From a virus (Duplodnaviria; Heunggongvirae; Uroviricota; Caudoviricetes), in IMG/VR virus record IMGVR_UViG_3300017565_000017, positions 779 to 64,778 of that record: 64,000 bases of DNA; one strand, given 5' to 3'. This document shows, piece after piece, positions 24,910 to 34,019 of the stretch. Each line of letters begins with the position of its first letter. Within the stretch, counting starts at the first letter, position 1. The translations under genes were made by a program, and so were the position numbers. The notes beneath the pieces were generated by a model that worked only from the letters and a program-made list of their open reading frames with translations, had not been told where the DNA came from and did no database searches.

Positions 24910-25623
24910 CTAGAGTAGACGGTGCATAACCCCGACAGGTCGTATTGCCCGCACGATGGGTTTATAGATTATATTGGCAATGAAGTCTTCGAGTTCCGTA
25001 TCCGATGCTATGTACTTGCCCGGAATTTCTGGGAACCATGGGACAGCGATTTCGTACCCAAACGTCCAGCGGTTGGACATACGAGCTCCTTCATTCGCTA
25101 TGAAGAAACGTACACCCGAATCGATTTCACGCTCCCAGATAGACGGATTTCCAACGGCGCTTTTTCTTAGCCCCATGGAATCGAACACTCCGTTGACGTT
25201 TAGAATGTCTGGATCTTTCTTAAGCTGATCTGCCCGAGCTTCGGCTTTGATAACGAAGCCTTGCGCGAGCATGCTAACTTGCTGGGTAACGGAACGCGGG
25301 CGCAGTGCGGTGTATAGATCGTGACGATCCATGAACTTAACGAGTGCCCGACGGGCTTCCACTAACCGACCGTAAATCTTATCGTTGTTGGTCTTGTGAC
25401 CTTTGAACGGAAATACATTGGCTTTGGAACACAAGTCAAGAAACTTGGCAATCGTATCTTGCCAAGCCTTCTTCGGATTCTTGACCTTGACGGACGAGAC
25501 AGCTTGTCGCCAGATTTTATCCGTAGCTGGATTGAATTCCAAAGGCAACGAATAGATATCGGGGACATCGTTTTGCTCAGCGATCGGTACTCCAAGGGCA
25601 CTAAGATTGATGTCCTTTGCCAT
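24910..25623 (-). CDS. Hypothetical protein (237 aa)
   Basis: GGAG SD; operonic packing. Confidence 0.7.
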   Translation of the reverse strand: MAKDINLSALGVPIAEQNDVPDIYSLPLEFNPATDKIWRQAVSSVKVKNPKKAWQDTIAKFLDLCSKANVFPFKGHKTNNDKIYGRLVEARRALVKFMDRHDLYTALRPRSVTQQVSMLAQGFVIKAEARADQLKKDPDILNVNGVFDSMGLRKSAVGNPSIWEREIDSGVRFFIANEGARMSNRWTFGYEIAVPWFPEIPGKYIASDTELEDFIANIIYKPIVRAIRPVGVMHRLL

Positions 25624-25628
25624 GTCCG

Positions 25629-25994
25629 TTACTCCACAGGTTTCGTTACTGGAGCTCCGTCCGAATACGTAATCGTCTTGATCATCGTGTCCTTCTCTGA
25701 CGAATTCCAGCCGTCATTGGTAGACACTCGGTTTGTCGGTGCCTCGATGGGGCAGATATCGTCTTGGAGAATACGCTCCGTCATAGTGGCCGCATACGTG
25801 TCGCCGACTGACGGTTGCATCTGATTGGTCTGCTCTCCGAACATCTTGTAAATGACCGCCTCAAGGGTCTCTTTATCTACACCGACGGCTCCAGCAAGTG
25901 CATGAATTTGCGCATCTGCCGGGTGTGGGTTGATGTTGAAGAAATTTACGATCAGTGTCTCCAGGGCATTCTCCGGATTAGCTTGCAATTCCAT
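25629..25994 (-). CDS. Hypothetical acidic protein (121 aa)
   Basis: GGAG SD. Confidence 0.7.
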   Translation of the reverse strand: MELQANPENALETLIVNFFNINPHPADAQIHALAGAVGVDKETLEAVIYKMFGEQTNQMQPSVGDTYAATMTERILQDDICPIEAPTNRVSTNDGWNSSEKDTMIKTITYSDGAPVTKPVE

Positions 25995-26016
25995 GTCAGG
26001 CTCCTGTTCTGTGAGA

Positions 26017-26025
26017 TTAAATTGT
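26017..26025 (-). promoter_or_regulatory. Candidate late promoter ACAATTTAA
   Basis: Intergenic, about 23 nt upstream of ATG 25994. Confidence 0.35.
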
Positions 26026-26029
26026 ATTT

Positions 26030-26299
26030 TCAGTACTCTTCAGACGGAGTTTCTGGCTGCCCTTCTTGCCGTTCTAGGCTGTCTAGATTTTTCACTATAT
26101 GTTCGTAGTGAGCCATGTTGAGTACCGGGGATTCTTTGGAGCACTTAAGTATTGCAGTCACTAGATCGTGCAGTTGCACGTCCGTCTTTAAACTTTCCCG
26201 ACACAGCTCTAGGACTCTCATTAAAAACGGAACATCCATCGTAACCGTATCCAGCGGATCAGTGTTTGACAATATTCGGGTGCTGAAATTTGTTTTCAT
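26030..26299 (-). CDS. Hypothetical protein (89 aa)
   Basis: GAGG upstream; tight packing. Confidence 0.65.
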   Translation of the reverse strand: MKTNFSTRILSNTDPLDTVTMDVPFLMRVLELCRESLKTDVQLHDLVTAILKCSKESPVLNMAHYEHIVKNLDSLERQEGQPETPSEEY

Positions 26300-26300
26300 G

Positions 26301-26597
26301 CTATCGGCCTCTATACAGATGATTGTGGCGCTTGTCGTGACACGACTTACACAAGCACATTAGATTGCTCAGTATGTTACGGCCCCCTCTGGATAGAGGC
26401 ACAATGTGGTGGACCTCTTTAGCTACGCTTCGACATCCAGGTTCATCACACATACCTTCGGAACGTTCCATAGCCGATTTGCGCAACGACCACCAAGAGT
26501 TTTTCTCAGTGAACCCACTGTTAGTCGCATACGAATCGCGGCGAATACGAGACACACCACCTTTAGATTTGCGAATACTAGGGCGTCGAGCGTACAT
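26301..26597 (-). CDS. Small HNH endonuclease (HK97 gp74-like)
   Basis: CDEPGC..EVHHIVPLSRGG..SNLMCLCKSCHDKRH. Confidence 0.88.
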   Translation of the reverse strand: MYARRPSIRKSKGGVSRIRRDSYATNSGFTEKNSWWSLRKSAMERSEGMCDEPGCRSVAKEVHHIVPLSRGGRNILSNLMCLCKSCHDKRHNHLYRGR

Positions 26598-26605
26598 GGT
26601 TCACC

Positions 26606-26725
26606 TTACAGTAAGATTGCGCCTACTAAGATCCCAGCCACGAAGCCTGCGATCATGCCATTTTTGCCAGGATTTTCTGCAATCCATGCTAGAAGAGCAG
26701 CTTTAAGTTCTTTGAGTTTTTCCAT
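26606..26725 (-). CDS. 39-aa tail-anchored membrane peptide (not in the ORF track)
   Basis: AAGGA SD; MEKLKELKAALLAWIAENPGKNGMIAGFVAGILVGAILL; fills the gap exactly. Confidence 0.65.
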   Translation of the reverse strand: MEKLKELKAALLAWIAENPGKNGMIAGFVAGILVGAILL

Positions 26726-26769
26726 GGTAGTTCCTTAAGAAGGGGGAGGGGGCCGAAGCCCCCTTTTGA

Positions 26770-27513
26770 TTACGGTGCCGTGACCGTTACAGTGTGAGCA
26801 GCGCTCGTCTGACCGCCGAAGGCGGCTGTGATATCTGACGAGCCTGCTGCTACGCCCGTCACAGTACCGGCGCTAACCGTAGCGTCTGCTGGGGTAGCTG
26901 AAACCCAGGTTGCCGTAGCTGTCACATCCTCAGTGAGCGGTGCGACGTTGTAATTAGCCGTAGCTGTCAGATTGATAGTTGCGCCTTCAGCGACCGTCAC
27001 CGGACCTGCCACCGTAACCGAAGTCACGACCCGAGCTGCCGTCACGGTAAACGTCGTCGGGGCACTTTCTACGTCTCCAACAGAAGCCGTAATGGCAGAA
27101 GTGCCCTCTGCCACACCCGTCACCAACCCGGCTGCGACTGTAGCGTTTGCCGGAGTGCCTGAAGTCCACGTAGCCGACGCTGTGATGTCCTCGGTTAGAG
27201 GAGCCACGTTGTACGTACCCGTTGCCGTCAGTTGTGACGTTCCACCCACAGCCGCCGTCGCCGTACCCGTGATCGCGATGCTTTGCAGCTCGCGAGCGGG
27301 GGTTCCACCTGCGCCGGGGAACGCCGGATCTACCTCAAGCAGGAGATCCGTGTACTGGAGGCCGTAAAAGCCCGGAACTGGGGGCAGATTGTTGTAGTGG
27401 AAGTAGATATATTGGAGATACTGCTCTTGATCAGCAGGAGTCCAGACAGCGCCAGCAGATACCGTGTATCCCTTGGCAGTCATATCAGCTTTCAATTCAG
27501 TGTAATTGATCAT
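26770..27513 (-). CDS. Virion protein with two Ig-like (Big_2) domains
   Basis: Two repeats: SIAITG..AVGGT.QLTATGTY..DITASATWTS..ATVAAGLVTGVAEG.SAITAS. Confidence 0.85.
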   Translation of the reverse strand: MINYTELKADMTAKGYTVSAGAVWTPADQEQYLQYIYFHYNNLPPVPGFYGLQYTDLLLEVDPAFPGAGGTPARELQSIAITGTATAAVGGTSQLTATGTYNVAPLTEDITASATWTSGTPANATVAAGLVTGVAEGTSAITASVGDVESAPTTFTVTAARVVTSVTVAGPVTVAEGATINLTATANYNVAPLTEDVTATATWVSATPADATVSAGTVTGVAAGSSDITAAFGGQTSAAHTVTVTAP

Positions 27514-27522
27514 TTCATTTTC

Positions 27523-29055
27523 CTAGAGAATACCAGATCCTGGGTAGTACGGATAACGACCACTCCATGTCGCTGGTGTTATGGAGATACCGACGGAACC
27601 CATAGCCCCGCGTTGGAGTTGATTGGGATCAACAGAACCATCGCCAGAGGTGTTCCCTTTGTTGATGAGCTGTGTTTTAAAATTCGGCAACTCGTCGGCC
27701 AGACGTTGCTGAATTTGGTTAGCCGCCGCGTCCAGATAAGCTGTGCGGTCGACGTTCAGGCTAATGGCCTGACCTTGGAAGTCGAAAGCCTTTTCGCCTT
27801 CGGCTAGATACTGCGAACGCAATGCCATGAGCTCTGTACACAGAAGCCAATACTCACGGATGGATCCGCGTGCATTGAGCATTGAGAAGTTTGTGAAGTA
27901 TCCTTTGAATCCGTTAAACATATCCATACCGCGACGCAGCCACGTTAGGATTGTTGCAGCGGGGAACAGTAGGTCAGGAGTTCCGTACAGAGTGGTGCGC
28001 GCCTTGTTTACCATGGCCTTCACGTCTGATACAGCTTGGGAGATCGTCGGATTGATAACCCAGAAATCCGCTTGCTCGCTGTACACCATTGAAGGGAATT
28101 GAGCTTGCGAGTACCGCCAAATCATAGTGAATGGGCGCACCGCATCCGGAAACATGGTCGATGTGTCAATGGACGCCATATACAGCCACCCGTTCGCCAC
28201 CTTGACAGGTGCAAAAGAGCCTGCTACGTTTGGCCCTGTTATTGGAATAGGGTTAGAGAACGGCGTGTTATCGTAATAGACCTGGAACGTTACTGTGTCG
28301 TAAAGTTGATCAGTGACTAGAGTTGCTTGAGCAACCATGCCTTGAAGTTCTACGATTGGCTGAGTTCCTAGCGGGGTCGTATTCAAACCTACAACCGTAA
28401 TTTGCTCTGCCGTGTAGTAGACCGGTTGCATTGACGCGTCGTCGAGCTGCAACGCCCAACGGATCTGATACTTCTGCCCTTCGAGTGTCGGAGGGATATC
28501 AGATGGAACGTTGATTACTGCCTTGGCTATAACCGTATTCGAGAATCCGGTGCTCTGGACCGTGTATGAGAACGCATTTCCGGCTGAATAGATAGTTCCA
28601 TTCTCAGCCAGCAACTCCCACGTTACGTATCCGCCTGTAGGATTTACCTCTGGACCAAACGCGAAGATTCCAGTACCGATAGCTGCTTCCCCTGCTTGGA
28701 TCTCTCCGACTAGATCCCTGAACGCGTCAGGATTCTGAGTTGTATACGGGTAGATTTCGCTGGAAGCATCTTGTACATTGATTGCCAACAGGACGATGAA
28801 CGTTTTGGCCGAGGTGGTGACTAGAATCTCCACCCCGTAACTCGTACCGTGCTGGCCGCCCTGAAGCGTATACACCGCAGCCGGATTAGACGGCGGTGTC
28901 TGAGTCACGATAGTTAGAGGTGGAGTGGTCGTCGGGCTGGTAGTCTGCACGACTGCGCTGGTTAAGATTTCTCCCGCAGCTAGAAACTGATTCAGACCCA
29001 CATCAATGGTCCGGTCAGACTGTGTTTCTTTATAAAAGACTAATGTGCGGGCCAT
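27523..29055 (-). CDS. Structural protein, probably neck/head-tail adaptor with N-terminal beta domains (510 aa)
   Basis: Helical C-terminal ~150 aa of head-completion type; assignment is inference. Confidence 0.5.
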   Translation of the reverse strand: MARTLVFYKETQSDRTIDVGLNQFLAAGEILTSAVVQTTSPTTTPPLTIVTQTPPSNPAAVYTLQGGQHGTSYGVEILVTTSAKTFIVLLAINVQDASSEIYPYTTQNPDAFRDLVGEIQAGEAAIGTGIFAFGPEVNPTGGYVTWELLAENGTIYSAGNAFSYTVQSTGFSNTVIAKAVINVPSDIPPTLEGQKYQIRWALQLDDASMQPVYYTAEQITVVGLNTTPLGTQPIVELQGMVAQATLVTDQLYDTVTFQVYYDNTPFSNPIPITGPNVAGSFAPVKVANGWLYMASIDTSTMFPDAVRPFTMIWRYSQAQFPSMVYSEQADFWVINPTISQAVSDVKAMVNKARTTLYGTPDLLFPAATILTWLRRGMDMFNGFKGYFTNFSMLNARGSIREYWLLCTELMALRSQYLAEGEKAFDFQGQAISLNVDRTAYLDAAANQIQQRLADELPNFKTQLINKGNTSGDGSVDPNQLQRGAMGSVGISITPATWSGRYPYYPGSGIL

Positions 29056-29064
29056 GTCAACCCC

Positions 29065-29673
29065 TTATTCAGCATCCGCATCCGCTTGAGAGACGCGCAC
29101 CAGACTCTTACCCGAAGGCTCGGTCTTCAGCGTCACTTGGCGATTGCCCTTTTGCAGTTGAGATCCAGTTGCCAGATCGTACTTTAGAGCCCATCCACGA
29201 TTTAGATAATCGTCGATAAGATCACGACTTTGGTCGTAATCCATACGTACAGCGCGCTCACCAGTCGTTTTATTTGTGACCGTGATCCCTCGCTGAAGCA
29301 GTTCTTCCAAGGGATCCGGAACGTCATCGGTAATATCCATGGGCGCGCCATCACTACCTCCGGAACGCGGGGTTCCAATAGACCCAGCATCACCCTTCGG
29401 AGTAGCAGGACCCGGTTTGTCTTCTTTCTCTTCCGGACCCGGGCTAGGTTGATCTGCACCCGGCTCCGGAGCCTGCTCGCCGGGCTGTCCTGATGTCGGA
29501 GCCTCGCCTGTATCTTCCTTCTTCTTTTCAGAATCTTCTGGAAGACGGAAATCTGATTCCGGGTGTCGATTCAGGTAGTCCACCTGCTTTTCATAGTCCC
29601 ATTTGCGGAACTGGTCGTACGTTAGGGCGTCAACCTCGACTTCGGACGCCAGTACGCGAGTTGCGAAATTCAT
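29065..29673 (-). CDS. Putative internal head protein with MNFATRVLA leader
   Basis: GAGGA SD; shares EVDALT..QF.KWD..KQ..YL..HP.SDF with the 29685 protein; acidic disordered middle. Confidence 0.7.
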   Translation of the reverse strand: MNFATRVLASEVEVDALTYDQFRKWDYEKQVDYLNRHPESDFRLPEDSEKKKEDTGEAPTSGQPGEQAPEPGADQPSPGPEEKEDKPGPATPKGDAGSIGTPRSGGSDGAPMDITDDVPDPLEELLQRGITVTNKTTGERAVRMDYDQSRDLIDDYLNRGWALKYDLATGSQLQKGNRQVTLKTEPSGKSLVRVSQADADAE

Positions 29674-29684
29674 GTTAGTTCCTC

Positions 29685-30179
29685 TTAGGTTTGTTTCACC
29701 CAGAACTGCTCTTTCAGAGAGTTAAGGAGCGTTTGTGTTTCAGGCTCCAACTCCTTAGGAGCAGGAAGTCCCTGGCTCAATGTTGAGATGACGTATTGAA
29801 GCTGTGCTCTAGTAAGCGACCTCAGATTATTCTCTGCGATGCCAATCAACTCCTTATCGTACTGAGCATCTAGAATCTGCTGAATCATCTGGGTAGTTTT
29901 CTTATCCAGCTGACCAAGAGCTTTACTCAGCACCATATACGTAGTCGGGGCTTGCGGAACCGGGTACACTTCACTTTCGTCGCGGGGCGCTCGGCCGTTG
30001 TCATCGTCCATCTCATGGACTTTGTTCTTGCGGCGCTCGGACTCAGGTTTAGCAAAGTCGGAATCGGGGTGATCGCGCAGGTATTGCTCTTGCTTTGCCC
30101 GATCCCATTTGCTGAACTGTTCAAACGTTAAAGCATCAACTTCTTGTATCTCACCTAGTAGTCTAGATGCGAAGTTCAT
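29685..30179 (-). CDS. Putative internal head protein with MNFASRLLG leader
   Basis: N-terminal ~45 aa paralogous to the 29065 protein. Confidence 0.7.
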   Translation of the reverse strand: MNFASRLLGEIQEVDALTFEQFSKWDRAKQEQYLRDHPDSDFAKPESERRKNKVHEMDDDNGRAPRDESEVYPVPQAPTTYMVLSKALGQLDKKTTQMIQQILDAQYDKELIGIAENNLRSLTRAQLQYVISTLSQGLPAPKELEPETQTLLNSLKEQFWVKQT

Positions 30180-30820
30180 ACCTTGCGTTGTCCTATTCTG
30201 TTGGGGTCCATACCAAGACCCATCATCTGGGCTGGGTTTGACGTAGTGGGGCCAGGAGCTGGACCCGAACCTGGGCCTGGACCCGGCTTGGCATCCAATT
30301 CAGGACCTGGGCCGGGGCGGCTACCCATACGATCTTGCTCAATCGGAGCTTGGGGATTCTCCTCCGGCGCACCGCCTGGACCTTGCTTGATGCCGTCTTC
30401 GATACCTGTTAGTAGATAACATATCTCACGGATCGTGATATCCACAGGCACTTCATGTTTCTTGTAGAAGTAGTTGACTTGGTCAATGTCCAGACCATCA
30501 GCGAACTTGATGTTCAACGTATCGTCTTGCCCACCAATAAACCATTTGATACCGAAATCCAGAGTACTACCCGTAAACTCCGCAAATACCAGATTGGATG
30601 TCGACGAGGCGAACGGGTCTTTGGGGTTGATCAAGATGCACATACGCTTCGCATCCGAATCGTATTCATACGGCTTGACCGCAACCCATTCAGGACCTCC
30701 GGACTTATCTTCATCTTCCGGGGCTTCCGCGACTTGCTGCTGGGTAGGGGCTTTGTTAGGCGCAGACGGAGGCTGCGGGGCCAAACCGTGATTCGCCATA
30801 ATTCTGTCAGTAAAGTTCAT
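30176..30820 (-). CDS. Putative internal head protein with MNFTDRIMA leader
   Basis: AAGGA SD; Pro/Gly-rich tail. Confidence 0.7.
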   Translation of the reverse strand: MNFTDRIMANHGLAPQPPSAPNKAPTQQQVAEAPEDEDKSGGPEWVAVKPYEYDSDAKRMCILINPKDPFASSTSNLVFAEFTGSTLDFGIKWFIGGQDDTLNIKFADGLDIDQVNYFYKKHEVPVDITIREICYLLTGIEDGIKQGPGGAPEENPQAPIEQDRMGSRPGPGPELDAKPGPGPGSGPAPGPTTSNPAQMMGLGMDPNRIGQRKV

Positions 30821-30831
30821 GATTGAATCCT

Positions 30832-32148
30832 TTAGGTTCGTCTTGGTCCGGTGACATTATCCATGAGATAATCTGTCGTACGGTCCTTAGTCGGGACGCG
30901 GCCTCTACGTGGCAACAGATTAAAATACTCCATGGGCTGTACTGGCCTGACGGTGATTTCTTGCCCTAGGAGGCGGCGATTTCGAGTGTTCCATGGGGTC
31001 ACTGCACCGACCACCAAAGTCTTACCATTCACCGACTCTGTAATAACATCCCCCACCTTTACTTCCTGGGGAACGCCTGGGTCTAGGATGATTTGGAACG
31101 GCAGTGTGCGTTCCAGCTTATTACCGTCTGAGGATTTAGGTTGCTTTGGGAACTCAAATCGCGCACTCTGCTGGAAAGCCCCTAGATTGAACTGAATCTC
31201 GAAGTGTGTCCACTCAGACCCGTTGATAAGTTGGATTTCCAGAACCTTGGGTTTCCCATCGCAGAAGCTCATTACATTGGCATCCGTGACTCGAACGGTG
31301 TCAATGGTCATGATATACGGAACCTTGACGTCACCTTTCCACAGAGTAGCTGTATCCAGAGAGTGTGCTCCACGTGGGAACGCCAGAACTACTTCAAACC
31401 GAGTGTTGTTTTTGGTGGAGAACGGTAACTCCAGAGTGTTAATTTCCCCGTCGATCAGGTTGACCTCATAGGGAGCCACTACTTTGCGCCAGCCATACAG
31501 CGGGGTAAAGCCCCCTATAAAGCCCGTGCCGAAACATACTGAGCACCCGGGGTCATTACCCCGGTAAACTCCAGTGTCCCAATCTTGCACAAGGGCGTCC
31601 ATATCTTTCGAGCGTACTGCCCCGTTGTCTCCGAATGAGTCTCCGTTCGCTATGCGCTCGGTTGGGTATTCACCACCCTCAGTAACAACGTCAAACACGC
31701 CCAGATGCTTGTTACCTGGGTTAGCGGGGCTTGTCACCGTGGAAGAGTCTTGGCCAACCCATAGACTAGAATTCGACTCTATAGCTGAATTGTCAGCGGC
31801 TGGATAGTTTGGGCTGTCGAATCCATTCTCTGACCACACTACTGAACCGTAACGGTTGTTTTGGAAGTTGCGCCCTGTCAGCAATTCATTGATTATACCG
31901 GGACTGGCTTTTCCATCTTTGCCAAGCACGGAGTTAATGATTCGACGATGGTTTTGGCAACTGCATTTAGCTCCACCACCTTCCATGCGTGAGTAGAGCA
32001 CGCACTGATATCCTTGAGGGGAGAACGCCGCGAGATATCTCTGCTGTTGAACGTGAGAGATCTCTTCGATTGCCTTGGTCGCAACGTCTGCTGCCCGCGC
32101 ATTGGCAGGCAATATGCGATTATTAGATGATTCTCGAAATGGAGGCAT
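30832..32148 (-). CDS. Hypothetical virion-operon protein (438 aa)
   Basis: Long ORF; CSC and CSVC Cys pairs. Confidence 0.7.
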   Translation of the reverse strand: MPPFRESSNNRILPANARAADVATKAIEEISHVQQQRYLAAFSPQGYQCVLYSRMEGGGAKCSCQNHRRIINSVLGKDGKASPGIINELLTGRNFQNNRYGSVVWSENGFDSPNYPAADNSAIESNSSLWVGQDSSTVTSPANPGNKHLGVFDVVTEGGEYPTERIANGDSFGDNGAVRSKDMDALVQDWDTGVYRGNDPGCSVCFGTGFIGGFTPLYGWRKVVAPYEVNLIDGEINTLELPFSTKNNTRFEVVLAFPRGAHSLDTATLWKGDVKVPYIMTIDTVRVTDANVMSFCDGKPKVLEIQLINGSEWTHFEIQFNLGAFQQSARFEFPKQPKSSDGNKLERTLPFQIILDPGVPQEVKVGDVITESVNGKTLVVGAVTPWNTRNRRLLGQEITVRPVQPMEYFNLLPRRGRVPTKDRTTDYLMDNVTGPRRT

Positions 32149-32967
32149 TCAGATTCTCCTGCAATTATCGAAGTGCCACCGCTTCATGGCGTACTCCTGA
32201 CCAACTTTCTGGCAGTGAGGACATTGGACCTGCGGTACTTCTGCGTTACGCTTCTGTATAGAAGCTCGGATTTTAGCTCTGACCTCTGGGCGGTCTCGAG
32301 CAGCGTGCAATGCGCTAACGCGGGTATTCCGTTCTTCCACAGAACGCTTTGCCCATATACGTTGCCCGTTAGTGGACTTAATCTCGGCCACTTCTTCCTT
32401 AGAGCGGCGATGATCACGCTGCTTCACGTATTCTTCGTACTCTACATCTGTCATGTGCCCTTTCTTAGCCAATACCAGAGCTTTCTTGTGGCAGTCTGTA
32501 AACTCCATACCTTTCTTAGCCATAGAGATTTTTCTACCAAATTCTGCACCTAGTGGACGTCCACGCTTGCGTTTGGACTGTTCTAGCTTCCATTGTTCCG
32601 TGTGTTTCCAGCCGCTATCAACTCCACCGCCTGTAGAATGGTTGGTTAATGGACCTCCCTCTACAAAGCGACCTATGATGCGTATGTACTTCGCTTCCAA
32701 CTCATACGCTCTTTTCTCAGAACACCTAGTGTGAAGCTTAACAATCTTAGGCTCGTAACCCTGGCTCACTAAAGATCTGATTAGACCCTGGCGGCGATTC
32801 ACACGGCCCTTACGTCTAAGAGCTTCTCTAACATGCTCGTAACATCGTCTGCCTCTACCCTTTCCTATATAGAACGGTTTGTAGGCAAAACAGAGCTTTC
32901 CGTTTCCGTAGACCCATAGACTTACTTCGCGCGGGTCTAGAAGCGCATAGACGTAAAAATCGTTCAT
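32149..32967 (-). CDS. Free-standing GIY-YIG homing endonuclease (NUMOD3-like repeats, C-terminal CPHC zinc knuckle)
   Basis: FYVYALLDPR..PFYIGKGRGRR..EH; E..YI..GPLTN; KISMAKKG; QCPHCQK..MKRWHFDNC. Confidence 0.88.
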   Translation of the reverse strand: MNDFYVYALLDPREVSLWVYGNGKLCFAYKPFYIGKGRGRRCYEHVREALRRKGRVNRRQGLIRSLVSQGYEPKIVKLHTRCSEKRAYELEAKYIRIIGRFVEGGPLTNHSTGGGVDSGWKHTEQWKLEQSKRKRGRPLGAEFGRKISMAKKGMEFTDCHKKALVLAKKGHMTDVEYEEYVKQRDHRRSKEEVAEIKSTNGQRIWAKRSVEERNTRVSALHAARDRPEVRAKIRASIQKRNAEVPQVQCPHCQKVGQEYAMKRWHFDNCRRI

Positions 32968-33075
32968 GAATTTCTCCTCGTGTCAGGAACAAGATAGGAT
33001 CTAGATCGTGACACGACGATCGGGACTGGCCGGTCTGTTCGACCCTATCTCACGATAAAACTGGAGCTCAATTCC

Positions 33076-33084
33076 ACAATTTAA
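33076..33084 (+). promoter_or_regulatory. Candidate late promoter ACAATTTAA
   Basis: In the divergent intergenic gap, about 32 nt before the RuvC-like gene. Confidence 0.35.
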
Positions 33085-33115
33085 GTCTGTACCTATTACA
33101 AGTTGGACCCCCATT

Positions 33116-33730
33116 ATGGACACCCTCCCAGACTTTAGGATGGCGTACCGGCTGCCTGAATTCCGGAAGCGCTCCTCCGTTGCAACAGTGATCTCCCTAG
33201 ACCCCGGCTCCCGCAATATGGGAATCGCAGCCACGCAGATAGACCTCCGCACCGGAAGAGCGGCCGTCCTTGCCAACGCCGTGATGACGAATCCAATTCA
33301 TGGGTTGACGCGAGAAGTTCTTGAGCCCCAGCGGGATGCGTTTATTGAGGAGCTTGGTCAATGGGTTTCGCGCTTTGACCCAAATGCGATTGTCGCAGAG
33401 CGGTTTCAGAGCCGGGGTCTTAAAGGGAGTTTGGTAGAGTCTGTCAATCTGATGCTTGGGATTATCCTAGGTCACTTCTCAGATCGGTCGATTCGGTTAA
33501 TAACCGCTGCCACTTGGAAGAATCGTTTCCAAAAAGCACACTCAGTAGACCTTAAATATCTGTATAAGGTCTGTGGTGCGCAGCCTCACCAGTTGGACGC
33601 AACCCTCATCGGGTTGTGGGCTCTGGAGCAAGGTCTACGCCCATTCCCACATACCCCAAAATCCGTTCTGGAAAGCGTTGAGCGCACTTCTTTAGTAAAG
33701 CTCAGTACCAGAAAAGCAAAGAGAGACTAG
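33116..33730 (+). CDS. RuvC-like Holliday junction resolvase
   Basis: VISLDPGSRNMG (D), AIVAERFQ (E), HQLDATLIG (D): RNase H-fold catalytic residues. Confidence 0.8.
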   Translation: MDTLPDFRMAYRLPEFRKRSSVATVISLDPGSRNMGIAATQIDLRTGRAAVLANAVMTNPIHGLTREVLEPQRDAFIEELGQWVSRFDPNAIVAERFQSRGLKGSLVESVNLMLGIILGHFSDRSIRLITAATWKNRFQKAHSVDLKYLYKVCGAQPHQLDATLIGLWALEQGLRPFPHTPKSVLESVERTSLVKLSTRKAKRD

Positions 33731-33731
33731 C

Positions 33732-34010
33732 ATGAGCCAATATCTACCTAAAGCGTGGCGCGAAGCTGGAACCAAGCCTACGGCGGTGACTGCTGCTCCT
33801 ACCCCTGGTTCCACAGAGGTTAACGCCCGAGTAAATATGTCCGAGGACATTGTCGGGATGGGGTACTGCCCGGTATGCCAGAAACCTATGACCTCCGGCT
33901 TCGTAGCCAACGGACATCCGGTACAAGTGTGCCTCAACGATCGAATCGCATTGCCTCTACCTAATACGCAGCCACAACCGCAGGCTCCAGGTGGGGACAT
34001 TCCTATCTAA
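33732..34010 (+). CDS. Small zinc-ribbon protein (92 aa)
   Basis: YCPVCQKPM..VCLNDRI. Confidence 0.65.
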   Translation: MSQYLPKAWREAGTKPTAVTAAPTPGSTEVNARVNMSEDIVGMGYCPVCQKPMTSGFVANGHPVQVCLNDRIALPLPNTQPQPQAPGGDIPI

Positions 34011-34019
34011 GGATCCCCT

